Notes under the pieces: generated by a model
Told to the model about the DNA's origin: nothing
What the model saw: the letters and a program-made list of their open reading frames with translations, nothing else
The model's database searches: none
Made by a program: the position numbers and the translations under genes
Shown: piece by piece, positions 53,372 through 62,562 of the stretch
Numbering within the stretch: position 1 is the stretch's first letter
How the letters are laid out: each line of letters starts with the position of its first letter
Assembly: GCA_049724395.1 (NCBI GenBank)
Contig: JAUGWO010000032.1
Coordinates: 1 to 62,562, forward strand
DNA: 62,562 nucleotides
Origin: Spongospora subterranea f. sp. subterranea
Taxonomy: Eukaryota
Direction of reading: 5' to 3'

Positions 53372-54159
53372 TCACCCCTCATTACATTGAGACAACAAGA
53401 CACAATTACAATGGAATTTCGCGTGATTGCTTCTTCCAGCAATCATTATTATCGACAAAATCTGGCTGATCACAAAGCAACCTTAGGGCAACATCACACC
53501 TTAACCTTTCGCCACGCCACATGCTTCATTCTTATAAAATTGCATGAGTCGTCTCGCACATTGTCTATCGTTTGTAGGAAACATTTTCCCCACCAACTCA
53601 AATCAATCACGTCTCATATGAAGGAACGGTTTTGCTCCCTCGCTGAAAATTACTCAATTTGCCATACTAACGAAGCATCAGGTCTTCTGCCAGATGGTTC
53701 ATTGACTGGTCAAAAAGATCAGCGCGTCGCACTCCGGATGCAACATTCAACAGGAGTAATATCTCGTTCGATAACCTGAGCCACTAAATCAACAATTTCC
53801 TGTAACTTGGTTACAGGAAATTGTTGTTGTGGTGAAAGAGCAAGGCCGCCGTGGCATTCACAGAAAAATGCCAACGACATAAAACTCCTTATCTGGTCCT
53901 TGGACACTCCGCAATCAACTGCGCAAGTCACGGATCGACAACATGGGGGCGACGATCGATCGTGTTGCTGGTGAAAGGAAGTCGGCTGCCACGAAGGGTG
54001 ACAATCTAGGGATGCCTGGCGGGTTAGTCTTCCTGATAATGGCTGTCGACCACGGTCAGCCGGCTAGCCTTTGTGCGCTTCGGCGTAGCTCGCGTTCACA
54101 CCCAATTTATATAAGTTGGGCAAAGAACGAGCGACTAGAACATCGTCTGGGAAACCACA

Positions 54160-54324
54160 CTGGACATTAATCTAGGAAACCGGATAACGAAATTTCATCT
54201 GAGAAATCGGACACTGGAAATTAATCTAGGAAACTGGATAACGAAACTTGATCTGACTTCTGAGCAATCGGACACTGAAAATTAATCTAGGAAACTGGAT
54301 AACGAAACCCCTTTTGAGCAATAT
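54160..54324 (+). repeat. ~55-60-bp tandem array (3 copies here, a 4th continues at 59428-59473 after the LTR element)
   Basis: Recurrent TTAATCTAGGAAACTGGATAACGAAA core and GAGCAATCGGACACTG linker. Confidence 0.85.
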
Positions 54325-54516
54325 TGTCATGATCCAGTTCACGCAACTTCTACTTTTATTACGGTCGTTGCAGAACTACCTATGCCGAGCACGAGTCGAC
54401 CCTAAATAACTGTACTGTCAACCAAATAAACATTCTCGAATCTAATCTGCTCTTGATACGCTTGTTCGCCTGCATTCGTAGACTAGCTCCCAGCTCCAGC
54501 TGTTCAAGGTCTTACA
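54325..54516 (+). repeat. 5' LTR
   Basis: TGTCATGATCC...GGTCTTACA, identical by eye to 59231-59422. Confidence 0.97.
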
Positions 54517-54517
54517 C

Positions 54518-54530
54518 TAGATTCGAGAAT
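54518..54530 (+). promoter_or_regulatory. Self-priming primer-binding site
   Basis: TAGATTCGAGAAT is the exact reverse complement of LTR 54432-54444 (ATTCTCGAATCTA); lacks the TGG of tRNA-primed PBS. Confidence 0.85.
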
Positions 54531-54592
54531 CATTTTCCCTAGGCGCACCCGAACAAGCTCAACCTCGGACCCGTTAACAGTTGCTCGTGATC

Positions 54593-55531
54593 ATGGCTGC
54601 TAACAACTTCGACCCAACTAACCCTGAACACGTCAGAAATGCCATGCATGAACTTCATGCCTCGGTGCGATCGCTTTCAGAATCCAACCAGCGTTTGACT
54701 GACCAGAACGCTGAGCTGTCGCGCAAAGTCACTGCTCTCTCCGAAAGTAATCATGATCAAAGTTCAGTGACGGTTCCTCGAGCCGCTCCGAAGCTCCCGC
54801 TCCCCGAGAAATATGATGGCAAACGCTACCAGTTTCGCCAATTCCTCAACAGCGTCAAGCTCCACTTCAGCGTCTCCCCTCACCGCTTCCCGAACGATGC
54901 CTGCAAGACTGGATTCATCGCCTCCCTGCTTCGTGGCGCTGCACTAGACTGGATCACTCCCCTCCTAGAGCAGCAAGACCCCATGATGTCTTCCTGGCAG
55001 CGTTTCGAAACCAAGTTTAAGGACATGTTTGACGACCCTCATCGAGCCAAGACTGCGGTCAACAAACTCACCCAACTTCGTCAAGGTCGTCGTGCTGTCG
55101 TAGCGTATGCTGCTGAATTCCGCCGTATCGTCATGGATGCCGATTTCGACAACAATGCGCAAGTCTACTGGTTTCGTGCCGGCCTTTCGGATGGAATCCT
55201 GGATGAGCTCACGCATACTGCCGCCGAAGCAGACCTGGATAAGTTCATCGGCCAATGTGTTCTGATCGACACTCGCCTCCGTGAACGCGATGTCGAGCGC
55301 AAACGACGATTTATCCCGATGGCATCCCCTGTTGGTCCCAAGATCCCTGTTGCCGATCCAATGGTCATCGACACGTTACAGACTAAGCCTCCCCGTGGCC
55401 CTCTGTCTCCCGAAGAACGGAAGCGACGCATCGAGAAGGATCTGTGCCTCTACTGCGGCCAATCAGGGCATCGTAAAGCCACCTGCCCTTTGAAGTCGGG
55501 AAATGGACAGGCCCGTCAGCGTCGCAGTTGA
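54593..55531 (+). CDS. gag: Gag (capsid plus CCHC zinc knuckle)
   Basis: PKLPLPEKYDGKR..FL, SLLRGAALDW, LRQGRRAVVAYAAEFRR, DPMVID, CLYCGQSGHRKATC. Confidence 0.95.
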   Translation: MAANNFDPTNPEHVRNAMHELHASVRSLSESNQRLTDQNAELSRKVTALSESNHDQSSVTVPRAAPKLPLPEKYDGKRYQFRQFLNSVKLHFSVSPHRFPNDACKTGFIASLLRGAALDWITPLLEQQDPMMSSWQRFETKFKDMFDDPHRAKTAVNKLTQLRQGRRAVVAYAAEFRRIVMDADFDNNAQVYWFRAGLSDGILDELTHTAAEADLDKFIGQCVLIDTRLRERDVERKRRFIPMASPVGPKIPVADPMVIDTLQTKPPRGPLSPEERKRRIEKDLCLYCGQSGHRKATCPLKSGNGQARQRRS

Positions 55532-55536
55532 CGGGC
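55498..55536 (+). promoter_or_regulatory. -1 programmed ribosomal frameshift signal
   Basis: Slippery G GGA AAT (55498-55504) in gag frame, 6-nt spacer, stem GCCCGTCAGC (55511-55520) / GTTGACGGGC (55527-55536); pol is in the -1 frame and open through the site. Confidence 0.85.
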
Positions 55537-58500
55537 GAACCTTCTGTCGATAAGTGCTCTTGTTCTTTTATTTGTCCTATCTGTTCCTTGTGTTCTGGTT
55601 CTTGCTCATGCCCTTGCATCAATTGCTATCTGTCCTATGTTTCCTGTTTGTCTACTTTAAGTCCCCTGTGCTCCCACGTTCGCGATTCTAGCGCCTCCGT
55701 TTCCGCTCCCGTCTCCATGGCGAGATGTTGCGTACCCGCCCTTGATTCCAAGATTTTCGCTGAGGTCACGCCTCCTCAGTCCCCGTGCTTAAGGACCAAC
55801 CTTCTGATCAAGAAGCAAGTTGCTACCGCTTTGATCGACTCTGGCGCTTCTTCGTGTTTTATGGATCGCGAATTCGCCGAAACGCGCGGTATCAACCTCC
55901 AGCAGCTCCCGTCCCCTGTTCCCGTCACCATCATCGACGGCTCCGGCCTCAAAGATGGCGCCGTCACCCATTGTACTGTCCCTGTCGAGATCAAGACTAT
56001 CCTCGGTTCCGAAACCATCACCTTCTATGTCATCAATGTCAAACATCAAGAAATCGTGCTTGGCGCCCCCTGGCTAGCAAAACACAATCCCGTTATCGAT
56101 TGGCGTCATGGTCGCATTGTGCGGCCGCCTACTCAAACGCCCGAGCAACTATTCACTACTGATTCCGCCCCTCCAAACCCTCTCCCATTCCAGTATCAAG
56201 ACTTCGCTGACGTTTTTAACAAGGCTGTTCTCGACAAGCTCCCGCCCCACCGCCAATATGACTGTGCCATCGACCTGGAGCCCGGCAAGCAGCCCCCGTT
56301 CGGCCCCATCTACTCATTGAGCGAACCCGAAGCTGCTGCTCTTCGTGAATTTCTAGACGAGAATCGACGCAAAAGCTTCATCACTGAATCATCGTCTCCT
56401 GCCGGTGCCCCTGTCTTGTTCGTCAAGAAAAAGGATGGAAGCCTTCGCCTGTGTGTCGATTATCGTGCCCTGAACGCGATCACTATCCGGAACCGCTACC
56501 CGCTCCCGCTTATCAACCAGCTCCTCGATCGCCTTCGTTCTGCCAAGATTTTCACACGAATCGACCTTCGTTCGGCGTATTATCTACTTCGAGTCAGAAA
56601 AGGTGACGAATGGAAAACGGCTTTTAGAACCCCTTTTGGACATTTCCAGTTTAATGTCATGCCTTTTGGTTTAACTAACGCTCCTGCAACTTTTCAACAT
56701 TTTTTGAATGATATATTTCGCCCCTTTCTTGAACGTTTCGTGATTATATATCTTGATGATATTTTGGTGTTCTCGTCCGACATTTCTGATCACGAAGACC
56801 ATGTTCGTCAAGTTTTACAGATTTTACGTGAACACAAGCTTTGTGCTAAGATTGAAAAATGTGCCTTTTCCACCTCCTCAACCGAATTTTTGGGGTTTCT
56901 TGTTTCATCTTCTGGAATTGCTATGGACCCTTTCAAAATCAATGCTATCACTGACTGGCCTTCTCCGCATAATGTTAAAGCTGTCCAGTCGTTCATTGGT
57001 TTCGCAAATTTCTACCGTCGTTTTATTCACAATTTTGCTGCTATCGTCCGACCTCTGATTCGGTTAACTCGCAAAAACACTGCTTTCACTTGGTCTTCTG
57101 TTCAGGAACAATCATTCCAGACGCTGAAGGAAGCGTTCACTTCCGCCCCAATCCTTGTTCATGCTGACCCCACCAAACCTTTCACGCTCGAAACTGACGC
57201 CAGTAACTTCGCTATTGGCGCAATCCTGTCCCAACCCGATGCAGAAGGACTCCTTCACCCTTGCTGCTTCTATTCCCGATCCCTCAATGATGCCGAATCC
57301 CGCTACGACATTCGAGACAAAGAATTATTGGCGATTAAAGCTGCCTGCACTGTCTGGCGCCATTACCTCGAAGGTGCCGTTCATCCTATTCTTGTTCCCA
57401 CTGACCATGAATCTCTGCGCTATTTCCACACCATGAAATCCCTTTCCAGCCGTCAAGCCCGATGGTCTCAATTCTTTTCCCGGTTTAACCTCGTTTTCAC
57501 GTACCGCCCCGGTTCCCGCAACGGAAAAGCCGATGCTCTCTCTCGTCGTCCTGATCACGAAGCCGGACAGCCTCGTCCCGCTGCTTCTCCCATGTTTCGT
57601 CAAGACGCCTTCCTTGTTCCCGATCCTGTCCTCGTCCCTGGTCCCGTCTCAATCCCTGATCCCGTTCCTGATCCCGCTCCTGCTCCCTCTGCTCTTTGCC
57701 TTCTGTCGTCTACCTCCCCTGGCCTTCCCTCTCCAGCGTTTTATGATCGCCTCGTCCAAGCTACCGCCAAGGACGACTTTGCCCAAGCCAAGTTGTCCGA
57801 TCTCTCTTCAGACTCCGAGTTCTCCCAATCCGGAAACGTCCTGCTCTTCCGGAACCACATCTACGTCCCTGACATCGACGACTGTCGTCTCGCTGTCCTC
57901 CGTTCCTGTCACGATTCTTCTACGGCAGGTCACTATGGTTCCGCCCGTACCCTCGATTTGGTCAAGCGTAACTACTGGTGGCCAGGCATGAACTCTTATG
58001 TCAAGAATTATGTTCGTACCTGCGACACCTGTGCACGCTCCAAGGCTTCGCGCAAGAAGCCCGCTGGCCTCCTTCAACCCCTCTCCGTCCCCTCACATCC
58101 CTTCAGCTCGGTTGGTCTTGATTTTATCACTGACCTTCCCCTTTCCGATGGTTCCAACTGCATTCTGGTTTTCGTCGACCGTCTCACCAAGACTGGCCAT
58201 TTTGTTCCCTGTCATGGTCCTCCAGATGCTGAAAGCACTGCCCATATCTTTCTATCCACCATTGTTCGTCTCTATGGTGTTCCCGACCAGATTATCAGTG
58301 ATCGTGGCCCTCAATTTATTTCCAAATTTTGGAATAGACTTTTCGAACTTCTTGGAGCCGACGTCTCGCTTACCTCGGGATATCATTGCCAGACAAACGG
58401 CCAGACCGAACGCCTCAACCAAGTTCTCGAACAATATCTTCGTTGTTATACTTCGTATCGACAAGATGATTGGTCTCACCTTTTGCCTCTTGCTGAATTT

Positions 58501-59238
58501 TCTCACAATAATTCTCTTCATTCCGCTACGAATTTAAGCCCCTTTTTCGCTCTTCGGGGTTATCATCCCAAATTTGATCCTGCTGTCCCCTCTACTGCCC
58601 AGGTTCCTCGTGCTGAATCGTATGTCAAGACTCTCACCGATCTACATCAATGGCTTGGTTCCCAGATTCGCTTCGCTCAAAATCGCTACCAAGAATACGC
58701 TGATCGTCATCGCGCCCCTGCCCCTATTTATTCTGTTGGTGATCAAGTTTGGTTATCTACTTCCAACATTCCCTCAGCACGACCATGCCCTAAACTCTCT
58801 GCTCGTAGGATTGGCCCTTTTGTTATCAAACGTGTTCTTGGCCCTGTCACTGTTGAACTCGATCTTCCAGCGTCTATGAAGATCCATCCCGTGTTCCACG
58901 TCTCCTTGCTCTCTCCCCACAATGTTAATACGATTCCTCATCGCGTCCAAGGCCCTCCTCATCCAGTTTTCGCCGCCGATGATCCTTCATTGACCCCGCA
59001 CTACCTGGTTAATCTGATCCTGGACTCTCGTTATTACCGGTCCCGGCTCCAGTATCTAATTGACTGGAAAGGTTACTCTCCTGCCGATCGCTCTTGGGAG
59101 CCCGCCGAGATTATTGCTCAGGATGTTCCACGACTCGTCGCCGAGTTCCACAATTCTCATCCCGATCTTCCTGGCCCGGCTTTTACGCAATCTCGGGCGT
59201 CTGGAATCCGCTCGTCTCGACGGGGAGTAATGTCATGA
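55498..59238 (+). CDS. pol: Pol (protease, RT, RNase H, integrase, chromodomain), expressed as Gag-Pol
   Basis: LIDSGAS; LRLCVDYRALN, MPFGLTNAPATFQ, YLDDILV; ETDAS, DKELLAI; H..H..CDTC, LDFI/SDRG/QTER; RIGPF; QYLIDWKGYSPADRSWEP; stop lies inside the 3' LTR. Confidence 0.97.
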   Translation, partial: GKWTGPSASQLTGEPSVDKCSCSFICPICSLCSGSCSCPCINCYLSYVSCLSTLSPLCSHVRDSSASVSAPVSMARCCVPALDSKIFAEVTPPQSPCLRTNLLIKKQVATALIDSGASSCFMDREFAETRGINLQQLPSPVPVTIIDGSGLKDGAVTHCTVPVEIKTILGSETITFYVINVKHQEIVLGAPWLAKHNPVIDWRHGRIVRPPTQTPEQLFTTDSAPPNPLPFQYQDFADVFNKAVLDKLPPHRQYDCAIDLEPGKQPPFGPIYSLSEPEAAALREFLDENRRKSFITESSSPAGAPVLFVKKKDGSLRLCVDYRALNAITIRNRYPLPLINQLLDRLRSAKIFTRIDLRSAYYLLRVRKGDEWKTAFRTPFGHFQFNVMPFGLTNAPATFQHFLNDIFRPFLERFVIIYLDDILVFSSDISDHEDHVRQVLQILREHKLCAKIEKCAFSTSSTEFLGFLVSSSGIAMDPFKINAITDWPSPHNVKAVQSFIGFANFYRRFIHNFAAIVRPLIRLTRKNTAFTWSSVQEQSFQTLKEAFTSAPILVHADPTKPFTLETDASNFAIGAILSQPDAEGLLHPCCFYSRSLNDAESRYDIRDKELLAIKAACTVWRHYLEGAVHPILVPTDHESLRYFHTMKSLSSRQARWSQFFSRFNLVFTYRPGSRNGKADALSRRPDHEAGQPRPAASPMFRQDAFLVPDPVLVPGPVSIPDPVPDPAPAPSALCLLSSTSPGLPSPAFYDRLVQATAKDDFAQAKLSDLSSDSEFSQSGNVLLFRNHIYVPDIDDCRLAVLRSCHDSSTAGHYGSARTLDLVKRNYWWPGMNSYVKNYVRTCDTCARSKASRKKPAGLLQPLSVPSHPFSSVGLDFITDLPLSDGSNCILVFVDRLTKTGHFVPCHGPPDAESTAHIFLSTIVRLYGVPDQIISDRGPQFISKFWNRLFELLGADVSLTSGYHCQTNGQTERLNQVLEQYLRCYTSYRQDDWSHLLPLAEFSHNNSLHSATNLSPFFALRGYHPKFDPAVPSTAQVPRAESYVKTLTDLHQWLGSQIRFAQNRYQEYADRHRAPAPIYSVGDQVWLSTSNIPSARPCPKLSARRIGPFVIKRVLGPVTVELDLPASMKIHPVFHVSLLSPHNVNTIPHRVQGPPHPVFAADDPSLTPHYLVNLILDSRYYRSRLQYLIDWKGYSPADRSWEPAEIIAQDVPRLVAEFHNSHPDLPGPAFTQSRASGIRSSRRGVMS

Positions 59239-59422
59239 TCCAGTTCACGCAACTTCTACTTTTATTACGGTCGTTGCAGAACTACCTATGCCGAGCACGA
59301 GTCGACCCTAAATAACTGTACTGTCAACCAAATAAACATTCTCGAATCTAATCTGCTCTTGATACGCTTGTTCGCCTGCATTCGTAGACTAGCTCCCAGC
59401 TCCAGCTGTTCAAGGTCTTACA
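59231..59422 (+). repeat. 3' LTR (preceded by short purine tract GGGGAGTAA)
   Basis: Identical to 5' LTR; followed by TSD AATAT. Confidence 0.97.
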
Positions 59423-59427
59423 AATAT

Positions 59428-61885
59428 GACATTGGAACTTGCTCTTGGAAACTGGATAACGAAAATTCATCTGCAAAGGATACACCCAAACCGTAAACGA
59501 ATACAAGGATAGACAAACAAGCGACAGTAAAAGCATTAGAAGAGGAAATGAAAAAGATGGATAAACATAGACTTGACCGCCTTCATGGAGCTGATGCAAA
59601 AGAGCATTAAGCACAAATACATAAAAAACAACATAGATGAAAATTCTGGAACACGAAATTAAAGATAGCTTTAAAAATGCGAAACAAGCTTAAACGCAAA
59701 CTCCAGACAGCAATCATGAAGATCAAAAGCCAACGATTTATTGCACAACGACAAATTGAAATGAGAACAGCAGAGTTATATCACTCCGCTATTCGACTGC
59801 GCGTGTCACGGCATCGAGATGATGTTTGCTGCCACCAAGTCGGGGAAATGGTGGGAGTCGGCTGCTGCTAGGGATAATAGTGGAGGGATACCTGGAGTCA
59901 TCCCCTATGATACTAACAATCCCAGGAGGAAGCAGCAGTCAGGAAAATGGATCATTAGACACAGAAACCCGGGCTATGGTGGCTCTATGTTATTACATAG
60001 GCAACCAATGACAACGCCCAACCCCTGCAATAAAGAGGCTTGGCCAAATCATTGTACCTGTACATTATAGGACAGGATTTAAGACAATGGATAGACGATA
60101 TGGACAGACTGGAATTCTTCGGAATTCAAATGGACTAAACGGAATTCTTCGGAATTCAAATGGACTAAATGAAATTCTTCAGAATCCAACGAGTCAGGAT
60201 GGAATTCCTCGGAATCCAAATGGACAGAATGGAATTTTGCAGAATTCGAATAGATTGACTGGAGAAATGAACGGAAATGGTACCAATGTTAACACACGAA
60301 TACCAGATCAGGATAACAGCAACAAACCTAATTATACGAACGTATTAAAGCAACCAAAAACACCAAACAAACACAATCACTCAATAGTAGACGAAGATAC
60401 AGATAGAAAAAATAGACAAAGAAATGAGGGGGAAAAAATGCAAATAGAAAACATAGTAAAGTACAAGGAAAACATGGTAGAAATAGCGATATTACAGAAA
60501 ATAGAGAAGCAATGCATAAATACGAGACTATGGCCATAGATATCAATCCTGCTCACAGCCCACAAAGAGAAAATAGTCTACATAGTTTAGCACATTGTCG
60601 GGGAATGTCTTTGATACATCGCCCCGAGAAGCAGAAAGGAACAGGAGGAAATAGCACCGGATTACATACCACTTGTAGCCTAACAATTGCTCACAACAAC
60701 TATGTTTTAAAGATGTAATTGGAGTAGGAAACTGTGCATTCGAAGCAATCAGAACATCAGGAGCAATACCAGACATTACTGTTCAGCAATTACGTAGAAA
60801 AATATGAGACGACGCCAGAGACCCAAATCAGGGAAGAACCATAGCGACAAAAATACTGAACTACGCTGGATCATTACCCAACAACGAGAATTGTACTCTT
60901 GATCAATATCTAGACATAATGGAACAGGACCGGCAATGGGCTGGATTGTTCGAGTTTACAATAGCAGCCTTTATATATAAGATCAACATAATCATAATCA
61001 GTCAGGCAACAATACCTGTGACCACAGATAAAAAAAAATGGATCGAATCGTGTTTCCCAAAATTCAGAGACAGCGTTCATTGGAAAAGTACGATCTATGT
61101 ACTGCACCACATGCATGGAAAACCATCAACCCCTATGGGACATAGTAGACTGAATCATTATGGGACTCTATTTCCAATTGATGAAGACACTCTGATCAAT
61201 AGTAACATTACAACAATACACGTTTATTGAAAATTACATTGGGAAACAACAACATCGGACAATGGTCTCATTAATGATAACTGACGACGAACCATTGGAC
61301 AACAAAATTGAAACACCAACGACATCCTCAATTCAGCCGAACAATAGTCTGTTAACTGGGGAGAACGAACTAGACCAACACACAATGCTGACACCAAAAA
61401 ACAGGACCAGCGAATTACTGCAAAAACTGGAAAAGCTTAGCATGGTCACAAGCCACACAGCCAACAGAAGTCCCCAACATAGGGTATCTAGAGACAATGA
61501 CTCAATCCAACGTTTAAATCAATCTCACTACGTGATTAATAACAGCGACAACATTTCCGGTAACATTGGAAAAAAAGACAATAATCAAACAAAGAAAGAA
61601 GAACTACTACAAGAACTTCAAAAGACGAGGTTCTTTGAAAAATACTCACACAACGATGCCTCAACCAAACAAAAAAGACAACTGAAAATAACACAATGCT
61701 TTGCGAGCCTTAACGGTAAAGCGAAAAAAGAAAAGAGTAACCGAAATTTGATTATAGCACAATGGAACGCATGTTCATTAAGCGAGGAGAAGTCAACCGA
61801 ACTGGCACTTTTTGCGAATCAACACCTAATAGATGTAATCTGTATTGCAGAGCTAAGCCATAGACGTAATATACAGGGATTCCCA
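59428..61885 (+). mobile_element. Decayed LINE 5' half (OTU-like domain then start of APE endonuclease), copy 2, 3'-truncated
   Basis: A-rich coding strand; KDVIGVGNCAFEAI..YLDIMEQDRQWAGLFEF..LNHYGTL; NLIIAQWNACSL..IDVICIAEL (APE motifs I-II); left boundary uncertain, may begin near 53940 before the LTR insertion. Confidence 0.8.
60111..60260 (+). repeat. 30-bp coding tandem repeat (~5 copies, GILRNSNGLN)
   Basis: GGAATTCTTCGGAATTCAAATGGACTAAAC repeated with divergence. Confidence 0.85.
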
Positions 61886-62562
61886 CACAAACCCTGTTTG
61901 GCAAGTTAAGGGAAAGTCAATTCGCGCAATCAACCAAGGAACCATGCATTTGGTACAAATCCCGGGAAAATCAATTGACAATCATAGGTATCTATGTCGA
62001 TGATCTACTAATCACAGGCGACGACGACACTGAAATTACGAAGATTTCAGCAGTACTACGGTCATCATTCAAGATGAAAGACCTAGGGGAAGCCGATACA
62101 TTTCTCGGTATGAAGATCCGTTATTTAGATGGCACGATCCGACTATCGCAAGAAAAACACATAAGAGAGGTCATCCAGCGTTTTAAGCAGGAAAACTGCA
62201 AACCAGTCACCACACCAATGACAACTATTTATGATCCGAACGAGGACGAGGAAATTACTGATAAGTATCCCATTCGCGAAATCATTGGAAGTTTATCCTA
62301 AATCGCTTACGGGACACGTCCTGATATTGCATTTGCAGTTAACAATATCAGCAGGCATGTGTCGAAACCAACCAAAGCACTATGGAAAGCGGCGCAAAGG
62401 ATTCTCAAATACCTCAACACGACCCCGAATGACAGCTTGGTGTTCAAGGGGAGCTCAACTGATATCACAGGATGGGCCGACAGCAATTACGCTATGGGTA
62501 CTCTTGATCGACGATCCACCACAGGTCTACTGATCCAAGTGGGAGGCAATCCCGTTATATGG
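61886..62562 (+). mobile_element. Ty1/copia pol fragment (RT to RNase H), runs off the window
   Basis: QSTKEPCIWY, IGIYVDDLLITG, FKMKDLGEADTFLGMKI, YPIREIIGSL, GTRPDIAFAV, ITGWADSNYA..DRRSTTG; in-frame stop at 62299-62301. Confidence 0.92.

Larger units (their letters stand above)
54325..59422 (+). mobile_element. Intact Ty3/gypsy chromovirus (Tf1/sushi-like) LTR retrotransposon
   Basis: Two identical 192-bp TG..CA LTRs, 5-bp TSD AATAT (54320-54324, 59423-59427), uninterrupted gag and pol. Confidence 0.98.

Noticed and set aside
55776..58962. Many alternative-frame and antisense ORFs over pol
   Set aside because: Expected shadows of the C-rich codon bias of the element
1..62562. Alternative genetic code or stop readthrough explaining the short ORFs
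   Set aside because: Host ORF breaks are explained by canonical introns or single indels, and TE breaks by decay; VPS13 and pol read for >1100 codons in the standard code

Overview
Eukaryotic genomic DNA from a compact genome with short (~45-70 nt) spliceosomal introns; probably a protist, but the taxon cannot be fixed from this window. A gene-dense island (~17.5-42.2 kb) sits between two transposon graveyards. The island holds: a spliced saccharopine-pathway gene in which a Lys9-type saccharopine reductase appears fused in frame, via a 46-nt intron, upstream of a fungal Lys1-type saccharopine dehydrogenase (reverse domain order to animal/plant AASS); a PPR gene; a plastid-phosphate-translocator-like transporter; peroxisomal 2,4-dienoyl-CoA reductase (ends SKL); a large uncharacterised CH-like/coiled-coil gene; and an apparently intronless VPS13. 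The flanks contain decayed PIF/Harbinger, hAT-like, Tc1/pogo-like, gypsy and copia relics; two copies of an APE-type LINE carrying an OTU-like protease domain; three copies of a ~135-nt SINE-like element with target-site duplications; and one intact young chromovirus (identical 192-bp LTRs, AATAT TSD, self-priming PBS, -1 frameshift signal). Four single-base +1 frame breaks in host genes are most likely assembly errors. All calls are from manual reading; no searches were run.
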